A stretch of 64,000 bases of DNA from positions 3,348 through 67,347 of the forward strand of contig JAHFJJ010000002.1 in NCBI GenBank assembly GCA_023245895.1, in the 5' to 3' direction. The position numbers were made by a program, and so were the translations under genes. Numbering within the stretch: position 1 is the first letter of the stretch; each line of letters opens with the position of its first letter. The notes beneath the pieces were generated by a model that made no database searches, had not been told where the DNA came from, and saw only the letters and a list, made by a program, of their open reading frames with translations. This DNA comes from Candidatus Doudnabacteria bacterium. GTDB lineage: Bacteria > Patescibacteriota > Doudnabacteria > UBA920. Below are positions 1 through 8,121 of this stretch, in pieces.

Positions 1-77
1 AGTCGTGGCCGCTTTTGTCGTCTTTGAAGCGTTGTTTAAGTATTGCTGCCAGCTGGATTTTATAATCTTTCATGAAG

Positions 78-824
78 TTATTTTTTTGCCGCTTCCGGGC
101 TAGGGAGTTTTCTTAACAGGAACGCATAAGAAATTCTGACGTTGCCGTCTTTATCAGTCGTAACTTCGGTATCAAAAGACTCAAGGTTTAAATTATATTT
201 TTTTGCCAAGGCCAAAATTAACCGGGACTCTATAAGTAACACCCCAAAGCCTGCCTGGGTGCCTTTTTTTGTTGGGGATTCAAAAGAGCTTTTTGGGGAT
301 TGGGGTGACGGCGCCAGTTCGTTTCCAAACCTTAGCAAAACAGCTCCTTTTACTTTTGAGACCCTGCTGATTTCAGAAATAGCCTGCTCAACCCCTGCCT
401 GGTCGGGCATGAAGTTTAAAGTGTAATCGGAAACTATTAAATCCTGGCTTTCGCTTTGTACGCCCGCTTTGCCCATATCTCTAATGTCGCCGCGCGCGAA
501 ACCCACTTTTTCTGAATCTTCGCCCTGGTTTTCCGCCTTAGCGGCTTCTAAAGGCTGTTGGTTTATATCCAGTAGTAAGATTTTATCGGATGCTTTTTTA
601 CCCCTTTGCCTCAGGTGGGAATAGAGCCCCTTAAAGGCATTTAGGTTTTTGCCTGTTGCCGACCCTAATGCCAACATACTGACTGATTCTCTATTGCTAA
701 AGGCACGGACCATGGCTGGAGTAATCATATTTTTTGCCCTGGCAAATAAGCCTTCATATTGCCTTAAAGGGTTGACCTGCTCTTGAATTTGGTAATAATC
801 CCGGGGGCTGCCTTTTTCTGCCAT
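78..824 (-). CDS. Class I SAM-dependent methyltransferase-like protein
   Basis: Degenerate motif I (LALGSATG), LLLDIN, GDIRDM, QDLIVSDYTLNF, ISRVSKVKG pattern typical of Methyltransf_11/25 folds. Confidence 0.7.
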   Translation of the reverse strand: MAEKGSPRDYYQIQEQVNPLRQYEGLFARAKNMITPAMVRAFSNRESVSMLALGSATGKNLNAFKGLYSHLRQRGKKASDKILLLDINQQPLEAAKAENQGEDSEKVGFARGDIRDMGKAGVQSESQDLIVSDYTLNFMPDQAGVEQAISEISRVSKVKGAVLLRFGNELAPSPQSPKSSFESPTKKGTQAGFGVLLIESRLILALAKKYNLNLESFDTEVTTDKDGNVRISYAFLLRKLPSPEAAKK

Positions 825-886
825 AAGATTATGTGAAATAATATTTTGCTTTATTATACACTATTTTAGCTAAACTCCCATTGGCA

Positions 887-918
887 CAAAAAAACTCCTG
901 CAATAACAGGAGTTCTTT
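887..918. terminator. Intrinsic terminator downstream of tRNA-Trp
   Basis: AAAAAAACTCCTG-caataa-CAGGAGTTCTTTT hairpin with A/T tracts. Confidence 0.7.
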
Positions 919-992
919 TGGCGGGGAGTGCAGGAATCGAACCCGCGCAGCTCGTTTTGGAGACGAGCGTACTACCACTATACGAACTCCCC
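919..992 (-). tRNA. tRNA-Trp(CCA)
   Basis: Reverse complement folds as cloverleaf: GGGGAGT acceptor, CTCGT-CT CCA AA-ACGAG anticodon arm, GGTTCGATTCC T-arm, encoded 3' CCA. Confidence 0.95.
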
Positions 993-1072
993 GTGGGAGA
1001 ACTGATAATGGTTAATTAATAACCCATAACAAAAGTTGCTTGTTATCAAATATAAATTATCAGTTTTGCCAA

Positions 1073-1228
1073 CTATTTCGTTTCCTTATGTAAAGTTTTC
1101 TTTTTACAAAATTTGCAGAATTTTTGGAGTTCCAAACGTTTTTGGGTGTTCTTTTTATTCTTCTTGGTTTGGTAATTCAAGTTGTGGCAAACCGTGCACT
1201 CTAAGTTTATAAGATGGTCTTGGGACAT
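1073..1228 (-). CDS. rpmG: 50S ribosomal protein L33 (Zn-binding type), absent from the ORF track
   Basis: Manual translation [51 protein letters not shown]; lies between tRNA-Thr and tRNA-Trp. Confidence 0.95.
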   Translation of the reverse strand: MSQDHLINLECTVCHNLNYQTKKNKKNTQKRLELQKFCKFCKKKTLHKETK

Positions 1229-1242
1229 GGGAGAAATAACTT

Positions 1243-1314
1243 TTGACAATTAACAATTAACAATTGACAGCGATCAAAGTTAAAGGTTAATTGTAAATTG
1301 TTAATAGTTAATAG
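1243..1314. repeat. Degenerate heptamer tandem array and its inverted counterpart
   Basis: TTGACAA TTAACAA TTAACAA TTGACAG ... TTAATTG TAAATTG TTAATAG TTAATAG. Confidence 0.8.
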
Positions 1315-1324
1315 TTTTACTAAA

Positions 1325-1596
1325 TGGAGCCGGCTGTCGGACTTGTCCGCCGGAGGCGGATCCGCCTTTGGCGGAAACCGTGGCCCAACCACCTACGGTT
1401 TACCCGCCTGCCGATTGCCTGGAGCCGAAAGTCGGGTTCGAACCGACGACCTGCTGTTTACAAAACAGCTGCTCTACCAGCTGAGCTATTTCGGCACTCG
1501 GCGACTGGCGGGCAGGCAAAACCGTTGCTCTACCAGATGATCCGCCATAGGCGGACGGCGTGATACCGGATAATCCCGCTCAGCGGGACGGCCGAC
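1325..1596 (-). pseudogene. Interrupted outer tRNA-Thr(UGU) that hosts the intact tRNA-Thr and several palindromic insertions
   Basis: Joining 1517-1540, 1388-1402, 1376-1380 and 1325-1345 gives ...CTGGTAGAGCAACGGTTTTGTAAACCGTAGGTGGTCGGTTCAAGTCCGACAGCCGGCTCCA; the 5' end is degenerate. Confidence 0.75.
1420..1495 (-). tRNA. tRNA-Thr(UGU)
   Basis: GCCGAAATAGCTCAGCTGGTAGAGCAGCTGTTTTGTAAACAGCAGGTCGTCGGTTCGAACCCGACTTTCGGCTCCA, 76 nt cloverleaf with CCA. Confidence 0.95.
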
Positions 1597-1665
1597 AACT
1601 TTTGATATTTTAACATAAACACTTAAAAAAAGCCAGCCCCTAAATACCTGCTATAATATTAAAGT

Positions 1666-1887
1666 ATGATTAGGAACAATCACAAATCCGGCTTTGCCTT
1701 AATTGCCTTAGTAATTGTCCTTGCCGTTGCCGCTGTAGTTTTTGCTATGTACTATGGCGATTCAGGCAGCGGGAAATCCATGCAAAAGGCCGGGCAGGAT
1801 GCCATTGAGAAGACAAAGGAAAATAATGCTTTGGAAATCCAAAACCATATGGAAATCCAAAATGAGTTAAATGGCATGAACAGGTAG
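1666..1887 (+). CDS. Small type IV pilin-like protein
   Basis: Basic N-terminus, G|FALIALVIVLAVAAVV prepilin-like cleavage site and hydrophobic helix (no Glu5); TGcTATAAT 8 nt upstream of ATG. Confidence 0.6.
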   Translation: MIRNNHKSGFALIALVIVLAVAAVVFAMYYGDSGSGKSMQKAGQDAIEKTKENNALEIQNHMEIQNELNGMNR

Positions 1888-1931
1888 TTTGTCATTGCGA
1901 GTAGCATATAAGGCGCAGTAATTCTTTTTTG

Positions 1932-2047
1932 TGTCATCCCGACCGAACTCTAAGCCATTAATAAGTGTGAGCGGAGGGATCGCTTAACGTTGATGTAATT
2001 CGAACGTAAGGGATTCCTAGGCTCAGATGCATTCGCTCGGAATGACA
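1932..2047. repeat. Palindromic repeat element TGTCAT(C/T)CCGA...TCGG(A/G)ATGACA
   Basis: Terminal inverted repeats; reverse complement closely matches 44246-44364; partial TGTCATTGCGAG copy at 1890-1925. Confidence 0.8.
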
Positions 2048-2114
2048 TGCCAGGGATGTCAGCTTGTAGTTTTTTGCTATAATAATCCGGATTAAATCAA
2101 TTAATATCTTAAAA

Positions 2115-3368
2115 ATGCCCCACAAAGTTAAAGATATAAAACTTGCAAAACAGGGAAAAATAAATATAGAGTTGGCTCAGCGTGAAATGCCGGTTATGGC
2201 TATCATCGCCAAAGATTTTAAAAAGAAACAGCCATTAAAAAATATTACCGTGGCCTGTTGCCTGCACGTTACCAAAGAAACCGCGGTGCTGGCCAGGGCT
2301 TTGGCCGCGGGCGGAGCCAAGGTTGCCATTTGCGGCAGTAATCCCCTTTCCACCCAGGACGACGTAGCCGCGGCTTTGGCCCAGGAGGGCGTAAATGTTT
2401 TTGCCTGGAAAGGCATTTCCAACAAAGACTATTACCGGACTTTAAATAAAATTTTAGATTTTAAACCGCAAATTATAATTGATGACGGGGCGGACGTAAT
2501 TTCGCTTATCCATTCACACAGGGCAGAACTTTTAAAAACACTTTGGGCCGGGCAGGAAGAAACCACTACAGGGGTTATTCGCCTAAAGGCTATGGCCAAA
2601 GACGGCGCGCTAAAATTTCCGGTGGTAGCTATAAATGATACGCCCACCAAGCACATGTTTGACAACTACTACGGCACCGGCCAGTCTACAATGGACGGCT
2701 TGCTCCGCGCCACGAACATTTTGCTTTCCGGAAAAGTTGTCGTGGTCGCCGGCTACGGATACTGCGGCAAAGGCATAGCGCTAAGGGCTAAAGGCTTAGG
2801 CGCTAGGGTCGTGGTGACAGAGGTAGATCCCCTGCCTGCATTGCAAGCGTCCATGGACGGCTTTGAAGTTATGCCAATGGCCCGCGCGGCCGGAATTGGC
2901 GATGTATTTTTAACAGCCACGGGCGATAAAGACGTAATTGTCGGCAGGCACGTGAAGCTCATGAAAGACGGCGCCATTTTGGGCAACAGCGGGCACTTTA
3001 ATGTGGAAATAAACTCTTCCGATCTTCATCGGCTTTCCAAAAACCATCGTAAAGTCCGTGGGCAAGTGGAAGAATTTACTTTAAAAAATGGGCGGCATAT
3101 TTATTTGATTGCCCAAGGTAGGCTTATGAATTTAGCTGCGGCTGAAGGCCATCCATCGGCCGTAATGGACATGTCCTTTGCGGACCAGGCCTTAATTTGC
3201 GAATGGCTGGTAAAAAACCATCAGCGTTTACAGAAAAGAGTTTATAACGTACCTGACGAAATAGACAAAAAAGTTTCCCGCCTTAAGTTGGCCGGTATGG
3301 GCGTAAAAATAGATGTTTTAACGCCGGCGCAAAAAAACTATTTGGCAAGTTGGGAAGAAGGAACGTAG
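2115..3368 (+). CDS. ahcY: S-adenosyl-L-homocysteine hydrolase
   Basis: CLHVTKET, SNPLSTQDD, DDGAD, EETTTG, KHMFDNYYGT, GYGYCGKG, GHFNVEI, EGHPS motifs. Confidence 0.97.
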   Translation: MPHKVKDIKLAKQGKINIELAQREMPVMAIIAKDFKKKQPLKNITVACCLHVTKETAVLARALAAGGAKVAICGSNPLSTQDDVAAALAQEGVNVFAWKGISNKDYYRTLNKILDFKPQIIIDDGADVISLIHSHRAELLKTLWAGQEETTTGVIRLKAMAKDGALKFPVVAINDTPTKHMFDNYYGTGQSTMDGLLRATNILLSGKVVVVAGYGYCGKGIALRAKGLGARVVVTEVDPLPALQASMDGFEVMPMARAAGIGDVFLTATGDKDVIVGRHVKLMKDGAILGNSGHFNVEINSSDLHRLSKNHRKVRGQVEEFTLKNGRHIYLIAQGRLMNLAAAEGHPSAVMDMSFADQALICEWLVKNHQRLQKRVYNVPDEIDKKVSRLKLAGMGVKIDVLTPAQKNYLASWEEGT

Positions 3369-3476
3369 GGGAAGTGATTAGTGATTAGGGATTAGGAAAA
3401 TACAAAACAAATAACCACCCTTCGAATCCTTCTTCAGGCTCGTCGGGTGGCTTTTTGGTTCGATTACAATCAGGGC

Positions 3477-3692
3477 TTACCTTTCTTCACTGGAGCTAAA
3501 TTCGAAATTCACTTCAGGGTAACGCTCTTTGAGGGCTAGCTCCGTTCTGTAAACGGAGTTTCTGTCGGCGCCTTCGACGACTTTCGCATGAAGGTGTACG
3601 ACTACAGAGGCTCTGACTTGTGTTACTACAGGATTTTCTTTAAGCTCGTTTGCAACAGCCAACAATATTTCTTGAAGTTCGATCGTCGACAT
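3477..3692 (-). CDS. Small hypothetical protein (71 aa)
   Basis: AAAGGAGG SD before ATG at 3692; TTGACC-17-TAAAGT upstream. Confidence 0.65.
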   Translation of the reverse strand: MSTIELQEILLAVANELKENPVVTQVRASVVVHLHAKVVEGADRNSVYRTELALKERYPEVNFEFSSSEER

Positions 3693-3986
3693 TTGGTTCC
3701 TCCTTTTGGCTAGCGTGGTTGATTGTTTAGACTTTAACAAATTTTACAGACGAGGTCAATTAAAAGAAAATAAAAAAAACAAAAAGACCGTCGGCGCATT
3801 TTTTGGAAGTCACTCCTGAACCTTCCTAAAACGCGCCAACGGCCGCGGGCTTAGCTTTGCGCCTTGCCCTACAAAAGCCAATGGCAATTAAACACGGGAA
3901 CCACCGGCTTTGGTTCCTTAATTGCGCTCTCTCTAAAAGGTTTAATCTTATTTCCCGCCCTTAGACAAAACGCAAACAGGCAGTTA

Positions 3987-4202
3987 CTACATTACATACC
4001 CAGTCTGGTTGGAGTTCGCTCCGGCGGCTTGCACTCGGACATTCTCTACCTTCTTTGTAGGGTCGCACCTCAGGTGGTAGATTTTGCCCTCGATTTCCAC
4101 CCTTTCTTCGGATAATGCGAGTTTTGTTTCGCATCCTTGGCACTTTGGTCTTTCCAACGGGTCGCGGGAGGCAGAGCCTGTGTGGGTTGGTTTTGGCCGC
4201 AT
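3987..4202 (-). CDS. Small hypothetical protein with C-x2-C-x18-H-x2-C zinc-finger-like motif
   Basis: CQGCETKLALSEERVEIEGKIYHLRC; GAGG SD upstream. Confidence 0.5.
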   Translation of the reverse strand: MRPKPTHTGSASRDPLERPKCQGCETKLALSEERVEIEGKIYHLRCDPTKKVENVRVQAAGANSNQTGYVM

Positions 4203-4434
4203 TTTCTATTTCCTCAGTTCAGATTTCAGATTCAGTTATTTGTAGTGGACGTGAATGAGCATGTGTTAAGTTCCTCCGTTAGGCTACCTAACTTGAGCTG
4301 ATTATATAATTAAAAAGCTTTAAAGTCAAAATTGCCTCTACTACTAAAAGAGAAAAAGAGGTATAATCATAATATTAGGAAACTTATGAATCCTTAAAAA
4401 AGTAGGGAATTATTAACTAATTCATAATCATAAT

Positions 4435-5430
4435 ATGGGAGAAATTTTTTTAGCCGAAACAGATCCCCGGCCCAAACCCATTGAGCTTAACGTTGAGCCG
4501 AGATTTAAAGAAAAATGGGAAGTTTTTTTACAGCACTGCGGCCGGAACGCCATAGCTTTGGATGGCAGAGTTATAGGCGCAACGAAGCGCGACTTTAATT
4601 TGCCCGCGGCAAACTTTAACCACCACGAAGAAGTAGACCGCACGTCAACCGCCGCGACCAGCCAGCAGACTTTAACTGAAATTAGGCTTGGATTATTTGA
4701 AACTTTTCAGAAAGACGGAAAACCTTTTGCCCGCCTTTTTGTAGAAGACTGCGATGAGGACGTCAGCACATCAGTAGCTTTGTTTGAAATGTATTGCGAA
4801 GACCCAGGCCTGTTGGATAACTGGAGAGTCAACCAATTGGTGGAAATAGAAAATCGTTTGGATATGTCGGCAGGCATGTACCCGATGAAGCACGATTTGG
4901 ATACATTCGCGCAGCTTCGCTGGGTTTATGAACCATACAGGTCCGCGCGCAGACAGGGCAAAGTATCCACCATGGACGCAAGCGGCATGGCCGAAATTAT
5001 TAAAGAAATTGGCAGCCGTATAAGAAAGTTTGTTGAAGAAAAAGCGGAACAAATTCCCTTGGACGGCAGATATGAAGTTTTGGGAGGCGGCAAAAGTTGG
5101 TCAATGGTCAAAGAAATTGGCAGTGATGCCAGAGTTAAAATGATTGCTGACGGCATTAAGGCCATACTTTCCGTGGCCGAAGTGCCAACGCAAGAAGGGC
5201 AGGAACAGCATTGGAAATATACTCTTGCAAGAATGTCGCCTTGGATAAAATTTCCATTGCCTGAATTTTACAGCTACCTTAACGAACAGGAAGGCATACT
5301 AGCAGGGAGCCCGGATAGTTGGGGCGGCAGTGATTTGTCAGGCGGCTCCCCAAAAACTGCCCACAGTAAAATTCCACCGCAAAGAATGGAGCAACTGCTA
5401 AATGAATTTTTAGAAAGGCAGCAAGAATAA
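4435..5430 (+). CDS. Hypothetical protein, possibly DHH-like phosphoesterase fold
   Basis: 331 aa ORF; IALDG, NFNHHE, DCDEDVS and terminal WGGSDLSGGSP resemble degenerate DHH-family motifs. Confidence 0.5.
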   Translation: MGEIFLAETDPRPKPIELNVEPRFKEKWEVFLQHCGRNAIALDGRVIGATKRDFNLPAANFNHHEEVDRTSTAATSQQTLTEIRLGLFETFQKDGKPFARLFVEDCDEDVSTSVALFEMYCEDPGLLDNWRVNQLVEIENRLDMSAGMYPMKHDLDTFAQLRWVYEPYRSARRQGKVSTMDASGMAEIIKEIGSRIRKFVEEKAEQIPLDGRYEVLGGGKSWSMVKEIGSDARVKMIADGIKAILSVAEVPTQEGQEQHWKYTLARMSPWIKFPLPEFYSYLNEQEGILAGSPDSWGGSDLSGGSPKTAHSKIPPQRMEQLLNEFLERQQE

Positions 5431-5490
5431 AAAAACGGCATTGAGTTTTTGGTATAATGCCACTTTTAACTGGATAGTGTACGACCTTAA

Positions 5491-5583
5491 CACAAAAACA
5501 CCTTGCAAGTTTGCAAGGTGTTTTTGTGCCCCTCGACTTCGCTCGAGACACAAAAAGACTCTGCAAGGTTGCAGAGTCTTTTT
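5491..5583. terminator. Two tandem hairpins/terminators between the 4435 ORF and tRNA-Tyr
   Basis: CACAAAAACACCTTGCAA-g-TTTGCAAGGTGTTTTTGTG and AAAAAGACTCTGCAA-gg-TTGCAGAGTCTTTTT. Confidence 0.7.
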
Positions 5584-5584
5584 G

Positions 5585-5670
5585 TGGTGGGCAGGATAGG
5601 ATTCGAACCTATGTAGCCGAAAGGCGCCTGATTTACAGTCAGGTGTAATTGACCGCTCTACCACCTGCCC
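5585..5670 (-). tRNA. tRNA-Tyr(GUA)
   Basis: GGGCAGG acceptor, CCTGA-CT GTA AA-TCAGG anticodon arm, long variable arm, GGTTCGAATCC, CCA. Confidence 0.95.
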
Positions 5671-5730
5671 TAGTTTTTAAATTACTTTGAGTATTTTAGC
5701 AGGTTTGCGCGGGTTTATCAAGGTTTTAGT

Positions 5731-6219
5731 TTAAGCCGAGCCAATAAAATAGCCGGACAGGAAAACCAGGATGCCTCCCACCACGACTTGCAGGCAGGAA
5801 AGCCAAAATTTCATCTTTAAAAAATGATAGCGAATGAAGGCAATGGCAATGAGTTCAATGCCTACAATAATGTAGGCAAGGTATAAAGCGGTGGTAAGGT
5901 CCTTGAGCAAAAAAGGCAGGGTGTGGAATACGCCGCCCACGAATGTCATGCCGCCGGTAATTAGGCCTCGCGCTACGGGGTGTCCGCGGCCGGTGAGTTC
6001 GCCGGTGTCGGAAAGGCCCTCGGCAAAAGCCATGCTAATGCCCGCGCCGGTGGCGGCCGACATGCCGACTAAAAAAGCAATGTGCGCGCTGCCGGTGGCG
6101 TAAGCCGTGGCAAACAGCGGCGCCAGCGTGGAAACCGAGCCGTCCATAAGCCCCAGCAGTCCCGGCTGGATTATCCTGCGCAAAAAGTTGGAATCGTGAT
6201 GGTGTTGTGGGTCTATCAT
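5731..6219 (-). CDS. VIT1/CCC1-family metal transporter (MbfA C-terminal-like)
   Basis: IIQPGLLGLMDGSVSTLAPLFA, GAGISMAFAEGLSDTGELTGRG, multiple TM helices. Confidence 0.85.
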   Translation of the reverse strand: MIDPQHHHDSNFLRRIIQPGLLGLMDGSVSTLAPLFATAYATGSAHIAFLVGMSAATGAGISMAFAEGLSDTGELTGRGHPVARGLITGGMTFVGGVFHTLPFLLKDLTTALYLAYIIVGIELIAIAFIRYHFLKMKFWLSCLQVVVGGILVFLSGYFIGSA

Positions 6220-6476
6220 CCCGTTAGAGACAGGGAACGCTTCAATCTGTTTTTCAGACAGCGTTTTCCCATGCCAGATTTTAAATATCTTTCTCTTGCC
6301 ATTGCGTCAAACTTATCAGTTGATGCTTCATAATAAATAAGTTCAAATGGCCCGCGACCTTTAGTGTAAGTTGATAAATTACTATTGTGCTGATTGAAGC
6401 GTTTCCGTAAGTCTTTAGTAAAGCCTGTGTAGAGATTGCCAGTCTTTTTACTTTTTAAAACGTATACATAATACAT
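6216..6476 (-). CDS. GIY-YIG nuclease family protein (86 aa)
   Basis: YYVYVL..LYTGFTKDLRKRFNQHN..ELIYYE..AMARERYLK. Confidence 0.9.
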   Translation of the reverse strand: MYYVYVLKSKKTGNLYTGFTKDLRKRFNQHNSNLSTYTKGRGPFELIYYEASTDKFDAMARERYLKSGMGKRCLKNRLKRSLSLTG

Positions 6477-6493
6477 AAGCCGTCTCTAACGGG
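6220..6493 (-). mobile_element. 274-bp GIY-YIG-encoding element with terminal inverted repeats and target-site duplication
   Basis: TIR CCCGTTAGAGAC (6220-6231) / GTCTCTAACGGG (6482-6493); direct repeat ATCAT at 6215-6219 and 6494-6498. Confidence 0.75.
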
Positions 6494-6556
6494 ATCATAT
6501 ACAAAAATTATAGCACAATTTTAAAAAGACGGCTTTTTTTAGTGGCCGTCTAAAGT

Positions 6557-7204
6557 TTATGACGCCCCTTCCAAAAGCTCAAAATCTTTTTTAAACAGCC
6601 TTAGCGAAATATGAAAAACCCCGTAAGCAATAAAAAAAGCGGAAAATACGTCTATGGAGTAATGCAAATGGCCAAGCAAAACTACGGCGCCAAAAAACAG
6701 CGACGCAAAAAAGAACAGCCGCCGGAGCAGTTTGTCTTGCCAAAAAATTAACATCATTAAAAAAGGAAAGCCGGTGTGGCCGGAAAAGAACAGCCCGGCG
6801 TCGGCCCCGGCAACAAGCGTTTCCAAAAAGTTGGTTGTATGGATGACCCACTCGTTGGCCGGCGGCGCCAAGTGCGTCATCATAATAAATACCGCCCGCA
6901 CGCCAATAAAAAGCCCGCAGGTTTTTAACACAAAAGGAATCCTGGCCGGCCTGTGCAGGCAAAGGAAGCTTACAAAAGCAATAAGCGCTATCATCCCCTC
7001 TACAAAAAGGATTTCAATGTTGAGGGTGGGCAAATGGTCCAAGATAATGTCCGTAACCGAAGAAGTTGTGGAGTGCGCGACTGTGTATTTGTTGGCGAAG
7101 TTGTTGAAAAGCAGGGCCAAGCCCATAACCAAAAAACCGCTTAAAACTTCCAGGTAAAAAGCTTTGCTTGATATTGAACGGTAACGGTGGACTAGTTTAC
7201 GCAT
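6557..7204 (-). CDS. PAP2-related membrane phosphatase/phosphotransferase
   Basis: FFSGHT and HYSIDV catalytic motifs, about six TM helices. Confidence 0.8.
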   Translation of the reverse strand: MRKLVHRYRSISSKAFYLEVLSGFLVMGLALLFNNFANKYTVAHSTTSSVTDIILDHLPTLNIEILFVEGMIALIAFVSFLCLHRPARIPFVLKTCGLFIGVRAVFIMMTHLAPPANEWVIHTTNFLETLVAGADAGLFFSGHTGFPFLMMLIFWQDKLLRRLFFFASLFFGAVVLLGHLHYSIDVFSAFFIAYGVFHISLRLFKKDFELLEGAS

Positions 7205-7221
7205 ACAAGTAATTTAGGCGG

Positions 7222-7989
7222 CTAAATTTTTTTCAATTCCAAGCACATAAACAGCGGGATTTCCTTGCGGGCTTTGTCTTCGGCCGTTTTGCGCGGGCCT
7301 TTGTCCGAAGTTTTATGCGACACCCACTCTTCCAAGCGCGTTACGCTAAGCCCGGCTTTGGCAAAAGTTTTAAAGTAAACTTGCAAAGGATGGTGGAAAG
7401 ACAAAGTGTATTTTTTATTTTTGGGGTCTTTAATGCCCTGCGTCATATCCACAGCCTGGGAAATTTCCGACATATAGCTGTCTATACGGCGGTATTGCGC
7501 GTTTGCTTTCTCATCGAATCCCCAAGATGAAGCGCTCGGCACACGGAAAGCTGGGTGATTCAGAACTAAAACCGCTCTGCCTTTTGGTTTAAGCACCCTG
7601 GATATTTCCAAAATTGCCGTGCCTAAATTTTTTATATTTTGCAAAGCCAGGATGCATATTGCGGCATCAAATTTTTCATCACGTATATTACTTAGCTTTT
7701 CGGCTGATTCCACTAAGTATGTCTCGTTATCTGATGCTTGGGATTTTGCAATTTTTACCAACTCATCTCCCACATCAACTCCCACTACTGTGGCCCCGCT
7801 TTGCGCCATCACGCGCCCAAAATAACCCTGCCCACAGCCTACGTCCAAAATTGTCTCGCCTTTTTGCGGGTTAAGTATCCTCATCAAGTTAGGCTTAATC
7901 AATTTTTCCTGGTAAGTATCCTCTCCTTCTTCCAAAAGGCTGTTGTACCATTTAGCCACTTTGCCCCAGGAGGTGTCTTTTTTATTCAT
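7222..7989 (-). CDS. Class I SAM-dependent methyltransferase
   Basis: ILDVGCGQG, VGVDV, FDAAICILAL, RVLKPKG. Confidence 0.9.
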   Translation of the reverse strand: MNKKDTSWGKVAKWYNSLLEEGEDTYQEKLIKPNLMRILNPQKGETILDVGCGQGYFGRVMAQSGATVVGVDVGDELVKIAKSQASDNETYLVESAEKLSNIRDEKFDAAICILALQNIKNLGTAILEISRVLKPKGRAVLVLNHPAFRVPSASSWGFDEKANAQYRRIDSYMSEISQAVDMTQGIKDPKNKKYTLSFHHPLQVYFKTFAKAGLSVTRLEEWVSHKTSDKGPRKTAEDKARKEIPLFMCLELKKI

Positions 7990-8020
7990 AGTCTTTATAT
8001 AACGTGCTTGTGGATAACTC

Positions 8021-8049
8021 TTGACAAAATTTAATAATTAGGATATAGT
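8021..8049 (+). promoter_or_regulatory. Near-consensus sigma70 promoter with no downstream ORF
   Basis: TTGACA(8021)-17 nt-TATAGT(8044). Confidence 0.65.
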
Positions 8050-8055
8050 ACGGGT

Positions 8056-8121
8056 ACATTTGGCAGTAGTGCCATATGACATCAACTGCAGGACCTAGCG
8101 CCGAAAGGTGCTAGGTTCTTT
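8056..8121 (+). ncRNA. Candidate ~65-nt sRNA convergent on the NYN gene
   Basis: Follows the promoter; TGGCA-gtag-TGCCA hairpin, then GGACCTAGCGCC-GAAA-GGTGCTAGGTTC-TTT terminator-like hairpin overlapping the NYN stop codon. Confidence 0.4.

Noticed and set aside
1403-1516. Group I intron in the tRNA anticodon
   Set aside because: Only 114 nt, of which 76 are a tRNA; no room for a catalytic core
1207-1563. ORF-track proteins of 61-80 aa over the tRNA-Thr region
   Set aside because: They translate tRNA and repeat sequence; rpmG and the tRNAs explain the region
8009-8017. DnaA box (TGTGGATAA) suggesting oriC
   Set aside because: Single box noticed; no cluster and no dnaA nearby
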